Shown here piece after piece: positions 6,199-15,353 of a DNA stretch of 64,000 nucleotides. The notes under the pieces were generated by a model. That model did not search any database. It saw only the letters and a list, made by a program, of their open reading frames with translations, and was not told where the DNA came from. The position numbers were made by a program, and so were the translations under genes. The stretch is taken from the IMG/VR virus record IMGVR_UViG_3300031784_000006; one strand, given 5' to 3'. The stretch is from a virus (Duplodnaviria; Caudoviricetes). Each line of letters opens with the position of its first letter. Positions within the stretch are counted from its first letter, which is position 1.

Positions 6199-8476
6199 AC
6201 TCTCCCTCCTCTACTGAACTTAACTCACTTAGCAAATCTTGAAGATTGGGTTTTTCTTCTACTACCTCATCAGTCTTAATATCATAAGTATTTTGATAGT
6301 AAGAAGTTTTCCACCCGTACTTGTATGTAGTCAAAAAGTCATTTGCCATAACTGAAACTGGAACTTCATTATCGTCATAATTTTCTGGATTATAACTCCA
6401 GTTACCAGAAATTGCTTGGTCAAAGAACTTTTGCATTACAGCAACAACATTAATATAACCACGATTAGACTTCATATCCCAAAGAAGCGTGTAATTATTC
6501 TTAAGAGATTGATATTGTGGAACAATTTGCTTAAGTGGTCCCTTTTTACTTTTCTTAATGGACAAGAATCCGCGAGGAGGTTCGATTCCATTTGTTGCAT
6601 TTGACACAACGGAACTGCTCTCCGATGGCATCTGTGCGGACAGTGTTGAGTGCCTGAGGCCATGTTCCAAGATAGATGCTCTAAGAGTTTCCCAATCATG
6701 CTGAAGGTCAATAGATGAAATTTCGTCTACATCTTTTTTATAAGTATCGATTGGAAGAATTCCATCAGCATACTTAGTACGTCCAAAATATTCACAATAT
6801 CCCTTTTCTTTAGCAAGTTGATTAGATGCCTTTAGAAGATAATATTGGAATGATTCAGAAAGTCCATGAACAGCGTCCCATGCTTCCTGAGAATCATAAT
6901 TGAATCCAAGTTTAGCTAAATAATGAGCAAGACCAATAAACCCTACACCAAGAGAACGACGTGCCTTAGTGGCGATTTCTGCCGCCTCTACGGGGTATTT
7001 CTGATAGTCAATCAACTCATCAAGTCCACGGACAGAAAGATCACAAAGTTCCTCAAGTTCTTCATCAGACTTTACCTTTCCAACATTAATAGCAGAAAGA
7101 ATGCAAAGTGCAATCTCTCCCATATTATCATCAATGTGCTGAATAGGATCTGTAGGTAGAGTAATCTCTTGACAGAGATTACTCATGTTTACCTTATCCT
7201 TAAATGATGAGTGAGAATTGCAATGGTCAATGTTCATAATGTAGACACGACCCGTTTCTGCACGTTCCTTAAGAAGACTAAGGATGAGTTCTTGTGCTTT
7301 AATAGTTTTTTTCTTAATGGACGGATCGTTTTCATATTGTAGGTAGAGATTCTCAAACTCAGGGAGTCCAAAGCTATCATAAAGTCCAGGGACATCATGT
7401 GGAGAGAAAAGCGTGATCTCACCGTCTTGAATAAATCTTTCATAGAACAACTTGCTAATTTGGATGGAATAATCAAGTTTACGAACACGATTATCTTCCG
7501 TTCCCTTATTATTCTTGAGGACTAGAATATCTTCTATTTCTTGGTGCCAGATTGGGAAGTGGACTGTCGCGGATCCACCTCGTATGCCATTTTGCGTGCA
7601 ACATCTGACAGTTGCTTCAAACTTCTTGAGAAATGGTACAACACCCGTGTGTTGAACTTCTCCCCCTCGGATTTTGCTGTTGATGCCACGGATCCTACCA
7701 GCGTTGATGCCGATTCCCGCCCTCTGTGCAACGTATCGACCAATAGCCATATCACTGCTAAAGATAGAATCGAGGGTGTCATCAACATCAACAAGAACAC
7801 AACTAGCAAATTGTCTAAGTGGCGTTCTAACTCCTGCCATGATGGGGGTTGGAATGTTGATTTTGTGTTTTGAGATTGCGTCATAATACTTCTTTACATA
7901 GGAAAGACGTGTTTCTTTAGGATACTCTGCAAAGATAGTCAGAGCAATCATCATGTACATAAATTGTGGAGTTTCATATACTCCACCACCGCTTCTATCC
8001 TGCACGAGGTACTTGTCAACGACTTGACGTAGACCTGCATAAGTGAAAAGATAGTCACGGTCATGATCAATAAAACTATTAACTTTTGCAATCTCTTCCT
8101 GAGAATACTTGTTAAAGACATCATTATCATAAACTTCATGATTAACACACTGATAAATGTGTTGTTCTAAGGTGGGAAGTTCTTTCATCTTCCCATATAG
8201 TTGCTTACGAACAGCAAAGAGAAGTAACCTTGCGGCAACATATTGGTAGTTTGGGTGGTCCAGATCAATCAAATCTGAAGCAGAACGAATCAGAATCTCT
8301 TGAATTTCTGCAGTGGTAATTCCGTCATAAAATTGAATACCAGAGGTCATTTCAACTTGACTTGCAGAAACTCCTGCAAGACCATTACATGCCTCTTCAA
8401 CCATCAAATGCATTTTGTCTAGGTCAAGAGATTCAATTCGACCATCGCGCTTTTTAACCTTTGTACCATTGCTCAT
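6179..8476 (-). CDS. nrdA: Ribonucleotide reductase class Ia alpha subunit
   Basis: ATP-cone VKKRDGRIE, SCVL, SNLCQEI, C-terminal CESC. Confidence 0.98.
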   Translation of the reverse strand: MSNGTKVKKRDGRIESLDLDKMHLMVEEACNGLAGVSASQVEMTSGIQFYDGITTAEIQEILIRSASDLIDLDHPNYQYVAARLLLFAVRKQLYGKMKELPTLEQHIYQCVNHEVYDNDVFNKYSQEEIAKVNSFIDHDRDYLFTYAGLRQVVDKYLVQDRSGGGVYETPQFMYMMIALTIFAEYPKETRLSYVKKYYDAISKHKINIPTPIMAGVRTPLRQFASCVLVDVDDTLDSIFSSDMAIGRYVAQRAGIGINAGRIRGINSKIRGGEVQHTGVVPFLKKFEATVRCCTQNGIRGGSATVHFPIWHQEIEDILVLKNNKGTEDNRVRKLDYSIQISKLFYERFIQDGEITLFSPHDVPGLYDSFGLPEFENLYLQYENDPSIKKKTIKAQELILSLLKERAETGRVYIMNIDHCNSHSSFKDKVNMSNLCQEITLPTDPIQHIDDNMGEIALCILSAINVGKVKSDEELEELCDLSVRGLDELIDYQKYPVEAAEIATKARRSLGVGFIGLAHYLAKLGFNYDSQEAWDAVHGLSESFQYYLLKASNQLAKEKGYCEYFGRTKYADGILPIDTYKKDVDEISSIDLQHDWETLRASILEHGLRHSTLSAQMPSESSSVVSNATNGIEPPRGFLSIKKSKKGPLKQIVPQYQSLKNNYTLLWDMKSNRGYINVVAVMQKFFDQAISGNWSYNPENYDDNEVPVSVMANDFLTTYKYGWKTSYYQNTYDIKTDEVVEEKPNLQDLLSELSSVEEGECESCAV

Positions 8477-9441
8477 ATTTTCTTCCAGGTAGTAAATTTA
8501 AGTTTTGCTTCTAAACCAGAGTAAGTATTAGATTCTATCACAGATTGAACATCAAGTCCAGATAATGTCATTTCATTAATGTCCTTTTCTTTTATTGTTG
8601 AAGGCCAGATAACAACTTTTTGTCCGTCTCCGATAACACGGGAAATTCTTGATAGGATTTCTGGATTACGTGGTTCGTTATCGTATATCCAAACACAATC
8701 GCAAATACCCCACTTAGTAACATCACCATCAGCTCCACAAAGAGCAATCGCGTTGCGAATGAAGGAAGAATCAAATGGACCTTCTGTAATGTAGACAGTT
8801 TCACTTTTTTGGACTTCATCGAGACCATAAATTTTTGGTGCATCATCGTTGAGCATTACTGTAATGTATTTTACCTTACTGGGACCAAGTGCTCTACCCT
8901 GAAATCCGACTAAAGTATTTTGATAAAACAAGGGTATTATAATCCTTGGTTCATCTTTATCTGTATTGTCGAATGTTAGTTGAAGAGAATTAGTCCACTC
9001 CTTGAATTTTTCGGCGTAATAATAGTTATCTGGGTTTAATTTTCTACTTTCCAAATAACTTTTTGCATTGGGATTTGTTGACGCTTTAGGCAAATCCAAT
9101 TTTTGTTTGAATTTTGGCGTCTCAAATTGAAATACTGGTTCTTCTACTGAAAAATTTTTTCCAGTATGACCTTCTTTAAATTTTTCAAAAGTATACTGCT
9201 TATGAATTGTAGTATCAATTTGTTTTAAAAAATTATTAAAGGATACATTAACACCACAATTATGGCACTTAAAATTTGTATTATTTTTTACTTGATAAAG
9301 ATATCCCCTTGCCTTATTCTTATTCTTTTGGGAATCTCCACAAATCGGACAACGAAAATTATACAGATTATTTTTTACCTTTTTAAACTTTTGAAATCTG
9401 GAAGAAATCAAATTGATGTATTTAACATCAACAAAATCCAT
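8473..9441 (-). CDS. gp61: DNA primase
   Basis: CPICGDS...CHNC zinc finger, TOPRIM EGPFDS, DNEPRN. Confidence 0.97.
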   Translation of the reverse strand: MDFVDVKYINLISSRFQKFKKVKNNLYNFRCPICGDSQKNKNKARGYLYQVKNNTNFKCHNCGVNVSFNNFLKQIDTTIHKQYTFEKFKEGHTGKNFSVEEPVFQFETPKFKQKLDLPKASTNPNAKSYLESRKLNPDNYYYAEKFKEWTNSLQLTFDNTDKDEPRIIIPLFYQNTLVGFQGRALGPSKVKYITVMLNDDAPKIYGLDEVQKSETVYITEGPFDSSFIRNAIALCGADGDVTKWGICDCVWIYDNEPRNPEILSRISRVIGDGQKVVIWPSTIKEKDINEMTLSGLDVQSVIESNTYSGLEAKLKFTTWKKI

Positions 9442-9465
9442 GACAATACATTGAGGAGTCTACTT

Positions 9466-9493
9466 ATTCTACCAGACTACTGGGTTTTGTCAA
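9466..9493 (-). promoter_or_regulatory. sigma70-like promoter TTGACA-16-TAGAAT upstream of primase
   Basis: Hexamers read directly. Confidence 0.6.
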
Positions 9494-9590
9494 TACACAA
9501 AACCGTCATAATTGCAGTCCACTTTATAACTGAATTTGTAATTTTTTGCAGTGAATAAATCGTTGTCTTATTTTTAGTTTTCACTGGCAT
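9477..9590 (-). CDS. Small hypothetical protein (37 aa)
   Basis: MPVKTKNKTTIYSLQKITNSVIKWTAIMTVLCIDKTQ* fills the intergenic gap. Confidence 0.4.
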   Translation of the reverse strand: MPVKTKNKTTIYSLQKITNSVIKWTAIMTVLCIDKTQ

Positions 9591-9607
9591 CTTGTGCCAA
9601 CACTCAA

Positions 9608-9955
9608 TTATTTATTTCTTACTTGTTCTGATAATGAATTTACAGAAGAAGTTATAAAATCTGTTACAACTGGGACAAATAATAAAGCAATTGCAACTAC
9701 GCCCGCTACCATCCATTTAAATTTTGATATTTCATCAACTTTAACTTCCAACTTACCAATTTTCTCATTAATATCTTCATCACTTCTGGCACAGTTAAAA
9801 ATTCTTTCGTCGTGAACCGCAAGCATCTTACAAATGTTCTGATTAGTCTCACTTAAGGTTTGAATGGCAGCATCTACACGCTCTACCATTTCTTCATGAA
9901 TTTTCACTCTTTCTTCAAGAACAGCAACCTTAATTTTTGAGTCTTGACCGAACAT
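9608..9955 (-). CDS. Coiled-coil protein with C-terminal transmembrane helix (holin/XhlA-like architecture)
   Basis: Heptad-rich N-terminus followed by KWMVAGVVAIALLFVPVV. Confidence 0.7.
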   Translation of the reverse strand: MFGQDSKIKVAVLEERVKIHEEMVERVDAAIQTLSETNQNICKMLAVHDERIFNCARSDEDINEKIGKLEVKVDEISKFKWMVAGVVAIALLFVPVVTDFITSSVNSLSEQVRNK

Positions 9956-9959
9956 TTGT

Positions 9960-10175
9960 TTACTGCGATGGTTTATTTTTCATCCAGCGTTTGCGGGATC
10001 CCGTTCCTAAAGACGCATATTTCTTTCTTCTTGATAATCCCATAACAGGGTCAAATCCAGCGACTGGACCTTTTGAATCTGCAGAACCAGAAAAACCACC
10101 TTGAGCTCCTGGAGCATTGGCAACCATTTGCTCTCTTATTATTGAAATGATTCTATCAATCTTCTTCTTTTCCAT
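9960..10175 (-). CDS. Small hypothetical protein
   Basis: 71-aa ORF in a co-oriented cluster. Confidence 0.7.
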   Translation of the reverse strand: MEKKKIDRIISIIREQMVANAPGAQGGFSGSADSKGPVAGFDPVMGLSRRKKYASLGTGSRKRWMKNKPSQ

Positions 10176-10548
10176 TATAGATTTTATAGAGTTCTCCTAG
10201 ACAGTAAAGATCGACTTGAATGTTATGAATACCGGATTTTGGATATTCCGGTAACCTATTCAAAAATATTATAAAAGATTTTAAACAAGGCCAAAGTTCT
10301 TTTTCTATTTTAAAAAACAGCATTGGTGTTGCTGCCTCAGAAAAAATATTATATAGAATAATAAAATGGTTTAAAATCAGGTGAGTTTTAAGTTCACCTG
10401 ATTTTTTATACCTTTTCAAAAGTCTTTTGATATATTTAAAATGATTTAAATCTTTTTCAAAATCTTCTTTAGTTACAGCTTGAGGGTTTTCATAATTTTT
10501 TATAGCAAATAAAATAAAATTATCCTCATTCAAATCATTAAAAATCAT
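10156..10548 (-). CDS. Hypothetical protein typical of T4-like phages
   Basis: LNEDNFILFAIKNYENP...LILNHFIILYNIF. Confidence 0.8.
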   Translation of the reverse strand: MIFNDLNEDNFILFAIKNYENPQAVTKEDFEKDLNHFKYIKRLLKRYKKSGELKTHLILNHFIILYNIFSEAATPMLFFKIEKELWPCLKSFIIFLNRLPEYPKSGIHNIQVDLYCLGELYKIYNGKEED

Positions 10549-10554
10549 ATTTTA

Positions 10555-11079
10555 TCAAACAGGCGTTGGATAAAGAATTCCGTCAGCGCCAGTTGTGATT
10601 CCAGACATTGCAACTAATACTTCACTCTTAACTCTGAAGTTTCCATCACAATCAATATAAGTTGTTACACCAACCCAACCCTGATGTGTAAATCCACCAT
10701 ACGTTGAAGGAGCACCATCCGTAGAAATACCATAAACTTGCTTATCAATTACGCCGTAAGATGCTTCACTATAAGTACTATCAAGAACGGTATATTTTGG
10801 AAGCTCGCTAATGTAGAAACTTGTTGCTGCAATAGCGGATCCACTTAGACCAGCAGTTGAAGCAATTGAAAGGGAAGTTGTGCTAGCAATACCAACGATT
10901 ACAGCATCTCCAAAGTAAGTACCACCACTACCACGAATACCAAATCTGATAACATCGCCAGTTGCGGCTGCGCCAACCTGACCGAATGTAGTTGCGGTTC
11001 CGATTACTTCAAGCGTAGTATAATTTAATGATACTGTGCCTCCAGAACCTTTGTTGTCATTATTTCCCCAGAGTGCCAT
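10555..11079 (-). CDS. Putative virion structural protein
   Basis: MALWG start, Gly/Thr/Ser-rich, RVKSEVLVAMSGI; TATAAATA late promoter upstream. Confidence 0.7.
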   Translation of the reverse strand: MALWGNNDNKGSGGTVSLNYTTLEVIGTATTFGQVGAAATGDVIRFGIRGSGGTYFGDAVIVGIASTTSLSIASTAGLSGSAIAATSFYISELPKYTVLDSTYSEASYGVIDKQVYGISTDGAPSTYGGFTHQGWVGVTTYIDCDGNFRVKSEVLVAMSGITTGADGILYPTPV

Positions 11080-11118
11080 GTTCTTTTCCGTAAAGTTATT
11101 TGCTAAAAATTATTTATA

Positions 11119-11146
11119 AAAAAAAGAGACCTTACTTTTGGTCTCC
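11119..11146 (-). terminator. Intrinsic terminator fused to a late promoter
   Basis: GAGACC AAAAGTAA GGTCTC TTTTTTTT then TATAAATA. Confidence 0.75.
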
Positions 11147-11296
11147 TTTACGTAAAACAACTCTCAAAAAACTAGTTGTTAAATCAAGTAACCCATTCTC
11201 TTCAAATCTTTTTGTTTTTGCTAACCACTCGGAAGCGGTTAGTAATAGACCAAGAACAATGGTTACTCCCCAGTTAGTTACAAAGCAAGTAATCAT
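11132..11296 (-). CDS. Small membrane protein (54 aa), holin-like
   Basis: MITCFVTNWGVTIVLGLLLTASEWLAKTKRF...; ATGA overlap with the upstream ORF. Confidence 0.6.
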   Translation of the reverse strand: MITCFVTNWGVTIVLGLLLTASEWLAKTKRFEENGLLDLTTSFLRVVLRKGDQK

Positions 11297-11466
11297 GCTT
11301 GTGGTGTAAAGAGTTTATCCTTAACCAAAGCAACAACTACATCATCAATGGTATTATCAGTTGTCTTTACATATTTCTCAAGAAGCTCAACAACAAGTTT
11401 TTTCACTGCTGGATGAGTTGCAATTGAAATTACAAGTGGTTTTACCACTGCGACTACTGCTCCCAT
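11293..11466 (-). CDS. Small hypothetical protein (57 aa)
   Basis: MGAVVAVVKPLVISIATHPAVKKLVVELLEKYVKTTDNTIDD...; GGAGG SD upstream. Confidence 0.7.
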   Translation of the reverse strand: MGAVVAVVKPLVISIATHPAVKKLVVELLEKYVKTTDNTIDDVVVALVKDKLFTPQA

Positions 11467-11506
11467 GATGTCCTCCTATACAGGGTATCCATAGATATTT
11501 AGGATT

Positions 11507-14035
11507 TTACTTTGCAATTTTTTTGGCAAGTTTTGTAGCAGTAGCATACATTACTTCCTTACCACGACCAGGATATCTCTTTTCAAAATCAGATGCTTTA
11601 TCTTTCATAGACTTTACAATTCTTTCTTTTTCTTTAGTCTCTTTAGAAGATAAAGTTTTTTCGTCAATTTGGTTTCCTTCTAGTTCGTAAGAATTTTGAA
11701 GACCCATCATCCTTCTTAATTCAGGTGGTTGATTTCTATAATTACTTCTTTCATCATATTTGTTTGCAATATTTGCTACACCACTTAAAGGAGTTCCCTT
11801 AAATGCTTTAGCCATAGCTGCAGATGCAGTTTGGGGTTTGGGTGCAACTGGTTTTGCTGGAGTTGTAGATGCAACAGTTGGTTTTGATTTTGGAATGCTA
11901 ATATGCCTATTTGCTAATGGACCAGAACCCATTTTTTCCAAAGTACTTGGCGCACTTGCGCTGCGATTATATCTATCTACAGAAGATTGGGAATAAGTCT
12001 TACTTAGTGGAAGTTCCTGTCTTGGACCAACATTCATTCCTAAAAATTTGTTCTGAAAACCAAGGGACATTCCTTTGGGTGCCATCACTCTACCAGTTCC
12101 TGGTAATGAGAGTTCTTCAAGATTTTCACCATCTACCTCATAAGATTGCTTGAGAAGTCCACCAATAGTTCCTTTTGCCTTATCATACATTTGTCCTCCT
12201 TTTTGTCTACCAAGAAGTCCACCAACAGTTCCTCCACCAGGAATACCAGTTTTTTGTCCTTGGTTTCTACCAATAGTACCACCAACAGTCTGTGCTGTGC
12301 CTCTCGCTAATTTGTCAAGTGAAGTAAGAGGATTTTCGCTCAGTTCTTTACCTCTTGGTTCATAAGAATTTGCAAGTGGGAGACTAATTCCAGAACCACC
12401 AAGTCTCTTTACAGCAGAACTTGCAGCACTTGATTCTGCACCTTTAGTTGCCTGTTGCAATTTAGTTGCTTTTTCAATTCTTTGCTGCTGTCTATGCCCT
12501 GCAGGACTAATATCAAAACTTTGTTCGCCAAAATGAATATTCTCACTGCGGACTGATGCAAGAAGGTCATCTAATTTAGACTTTCTTTTTCTCTTTGGAG
12601 TTGCTGCAGGAGTTTTTGCTTTAGGTGCTGCTGCTTTTTTAGTTTTTGCTTTTGGTTTTGCTGGAGTTGTTGCACTTCCTTCCCAAGGATCGGCGGGTTT
12701 TTCTGCTTTCTTTTTAGTTGCACTTGGTGCTTGATAAGAACCGCTACTTACTCTTTCTTTTTGACCTGCTCCAGCACCACGATATGTAGATGCGCTTCTT
12801 GTTTTAGTGTGTGCTGCACTTGGTTTTGCATCTCCACCCTCTGCTTTTCTGGCAACACTCAATGCACCTTTAGCAACCTTTCTTGCACCTCTAGCAACTG
12901 CTGCACCTGCTGCTTTTTTAGCACTACGAACTTTGCTAGAAAGTTTTTGTCTTGCAAGTCTACCGACCGCTGCAACTAAATTACCTCTTTTCTTTTGGCT
13001 GCTGGGAGTATCATGGCCGAAAGTTACTTTTGCTTCAGTAAGTGCAAATTCGATTGCCTCTTCAATCTCATCTTCATCATAACCTTCATCTAAAAGTTCG
13101 TCATATACACTTTCAACAACATAATCAACTTCATCAACTTCTACCATCTCAAGTAGAGTGCCACCAAGATTTTCAACCGCTTCTTTAATATCAGGATTAA
13201 TCTTAATAGTATTGTTTACTTTTTTTTCTGATATTTTATCTTCTTTTTTATCTTTAGCAACTTCACCAATTACTTCAGAAAGGTCTTGTCTCCAATTTGA
13301 ATACTCTTCCTTGGTTACTTTTTTCTTTTTACCACCTAGTTGGTCTTTTCCTAGAGCACCTGCAATAACATCACCTCTAGTTACTTTGTCGTATGGGGGA
13401 TAATTATTTGCCAAGTTTCCATCATTCGCTTCTTCTACTTTATTTTTTGCTTTATCTTTTAAAGCTTTTTTCATAGATTCTTTTTCATTCCCATCTTTAT
13501 CAAAATCCAAATAATCTGGTTTTGCTGCTTCTTTAATCCCCTTTTTTTCTCGCATTGCTTTTGCTTTTGCAAGTAACCTCTCTCTTGCAGCATCTCTCTC
13601 TTTCTTTGGAATGGTAGTTACTGCACCAAGTCTTTCTGCAGGTTTTCCTGGAACTGCAGACTCTCCCATTGCTTTTTGCTTACGGAGTTTCTTAGGATTC
13701 TTTGTCTTGTCTGCAGAGTAGTTATTATCATTATCATCATCGGGGTCTACAGCACTACGATGTCTTGTGCGTCTTTCTTCATCATCCATATTTGCACGAC
13801 TTCTCTTTGCTTCATCTGGAGAATATGTTCTTCCACTGTTATACCATTCTTTACCTTCGTGCCCTCTTGCTCTTGCCTCAGCACTTTTTTCTTTTCCAGC
13901 AAGACTTCTTCTACGCTTTTTGAATGTTGCTTTATCAAGAGGAGTTTCAACATTTCCAGGACGTACACCTTCTTCAACAGTAGCGACCTGCTCCAAATAA
14001 ACCTTGGAAATATCATTCAGAGGATTAGTAGACAT
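11507..14035 (-). CDS. Large modular low-complexity protein, putative internal head polyprotein
   Basis: 842 aa from MSTNPL; Lys/Ala-rich modules separated by [ILV]-x-E sites and SYE..G...E linkers. Confidence 0.85.
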   Translation of the reverse strand: MSTNPLNDISKVYLEQVATVEEGVRPGNVETPLDKATFKKRRRSLAGKEKSAEARARGHEGKEWYNSGRTYSPDEAKRSRANMDDEERRTRHRSAVDPDDDNDNNYSADKTKNPKKLRKQKAMGESAVPGKPAERLGAVTTIPKKERDAARERLLAKAKAMREKKGIKEAAKPDYLDFDKDGNEKESMKKALKDKAKNKVEEANDGNLANNYPPYDKVTRGDVIAGALGKDQLGGKKKKVTKEEYSNWRQDLSEVIGEVAKDKKEDKISEKKVNNTIKINPDIKEAVENLGGTLLEMVEVDEVDYVVESVYDELLDEGYDEDEIEEAIEFALTEAKVTFGHDTPSSQKKRGNLVAAVGRLARQKLSSKVRSAKKAAGAAVARGARKVAKGALSVARKAEGGDAKPSAAHTKTRSASTYRGAGAGQKERVSSGSYQAPSATKKKAEKPADPWEGSATTPAKPKAKTKKAAAPKAKTPAATPKRKRKSKLDDLLASVRSENIHFGEQSFDISPAGHRQQQRIEKATKLQQATKGAESSAASSAVKRLGGSGISLPLANSYEPRGKELSENPLTSLDKLARGTAQTVGGTIGRNQGQKTGIPGGGTVGGLLGRQKGGQMYDKAKGTIGGLLKQSYEVDGENLEELSLPGTGRVMAPKGMSLGFQNKFLGMNVGPRQELPLSKTYSQSSVDRYNRSASAPSTLEKMGSGPLANRHISIPKSKPTVASTTPAKPVAPKPQTASAAMAKAFKGTPLSGVANIANKYDERSNYRNQPPELRRMMGLQNSYELEGNQIDEKTLSSKETKEKERIVKSMKDKASDFEKRYPGRGKEVMYATATKLAKKIAK

Positions 14036-14040
14036 CTTTA

Positions 14041-15330
14041 TCAAGCACGTACTTTTTGTTTCTTATACTTATTTATGAAATTCAAGAATGCTTTACCGCC
14101 TGGTTGGATATTTTCTTTCCCAAATTTAGAACCAGGTGTTTGTTCGAATGCATATTTAAGATATCCAGCAGTTCCAACAAGCGTATTTGGTTTTCCTGGA
14201 GTTCTATACATACGATCCATCTTAACTTCAGTATATTCCATTAAATCTTTGATCCAAGACTTAAACATATAACCTTCTTCGGTTACACAAATTAAATGAT
14301 TAGTTCCTCTACGCATCACTTCACCAATCAAACCAGTATTTAAATTCTGAACTTTATCGCCAAGATTGAATATTTTTCCTCTTATATAATTTTCTCGAAG
14401 ATTTTTCATATCATACTTTGGAGCAATCTGCCATAAAGCAAAACTTTCTTTCTTGACTTTTGATTTCTTTGCTCCCATTCCTTGGCGAACGGCATTAAAA
14501 AGTGATTGAGTTTCTGCATCATCAAGTGTCTTTGGAGTTCCTCTACGAAATGATTTAAAATCATCATCTACTACAGCCTTTCTCATCTTAGATGCAGACA
14601 TTCCTTCAACACCCTCAGCATCTGCATCTCTTACACCAGCGGAAACTACACGAATTAAGTCAAAGTTATAAAGGTCCCCATTATACTTTTGAGCAAGGTT
14701 TTCAAACTCAGCTTGACGGTCAGAACCAACAACAATATTGACATTAGTATATCCATCTTCATTTGCAGTCACTAGAACATTAAAAATGGTTTTCATTTCT
14801 TCATCATTAATAATGTTCTCTTCAAATTCGGGGAACATTTTTTTCATATAAGAAACCTTAGTATTAGGATCTAAAGGATTCTTTTTAGGGTCTTGAGACC
14901 TTGAAGGGTAAATCTTAATATCTCCACCAGTAGCAATTCTCTTTGCCGACTTGAGAAGTTTTTCGTGTCCTACTGTTGGTGGATTGAAGCGACCAAACAC
15001 AACGGTAAGTGGTGGCAGTTCTTCTGCAGGTTGCTCTTCTGGTGCTTGTCCTGGTGCTGCTTGAGGTTGTGGCGCAGGTGCTTGTCCTGCTTGAGTTGGT
15101 TGTGCAGTTGGAGCAGCACCAGCGGGTTGTCTTCCTGCTGCTGGTTGTTCTGCACCTTTTGGTTTTCTTCCATCAGTAAATTTTAACTTTCCCTTTTCAG
15201 TTCTTGCAACAAGTTTACCGGAGCGGTCAATCCATCCACCATGGCCGTCCCCAGAGTATCCAAGTTTCTTCGCTTGCATTGCTGCTTGCGATTCTTTTGC
15301 TTCAGTTAGAAAATTGAGAAAACTTTTCAT
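14041..15330 (-). CDS. HxGH-family nucleotidyltransferase (cytidyltransferase-like)
   Basis: FGRFNPPTVGHEKL, VVGSDR, MSASKMR; begins MKSFLNFLTE. Confidence 0.88.
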   Translation of the reverse strand: MKSFLNFLTEAKESQAAMQAKKLGYSGDGHGGWIDRSGKLVARTEKGKLKFTDGRKPKGAEQPAAGRQPAGAAPTAQPTQAGQAPAPQPQAAPGQAPEEQPAEELPPLTVVFGRFNPPTVGHEKLLKSAKRIATGGDIKIYPSRSQDPKKNPLDPNTKVSYMKKMFPEFEENIINDEEMKTIFNVLVTANEDGYTNVNIVVGSDRQAEFENLAQKYNGDLYNFDLIRVVSAGVRDADAEGVEGMSASKMRKAVVDDDFKSFRRGTPKTLDDAETQSLFNAVRQGMGAKKSKVKKESFALWQIAPKYDMKNLRENYIRGKIFNLGDKVQNLNTGLIGEVMRRGTNHLICVTEEGYMFKSWIKDLMEYTEVKMDRMYRTPGKPNTLVGTAGYLKYAFEQTPGSKFGKENIQPGGKAFLNFINKYKKQKVRA

Positions 15331-15353
15331 ATTTCGTGTTGATATACTTATAT

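Noticed and set aside
4436-8476. Group I intron in nrdA/nrdB encoding the endonuclease
   Set aside because: nrdA and nrdB are intact full-length ORFs, and the endonuclease lies outside them.
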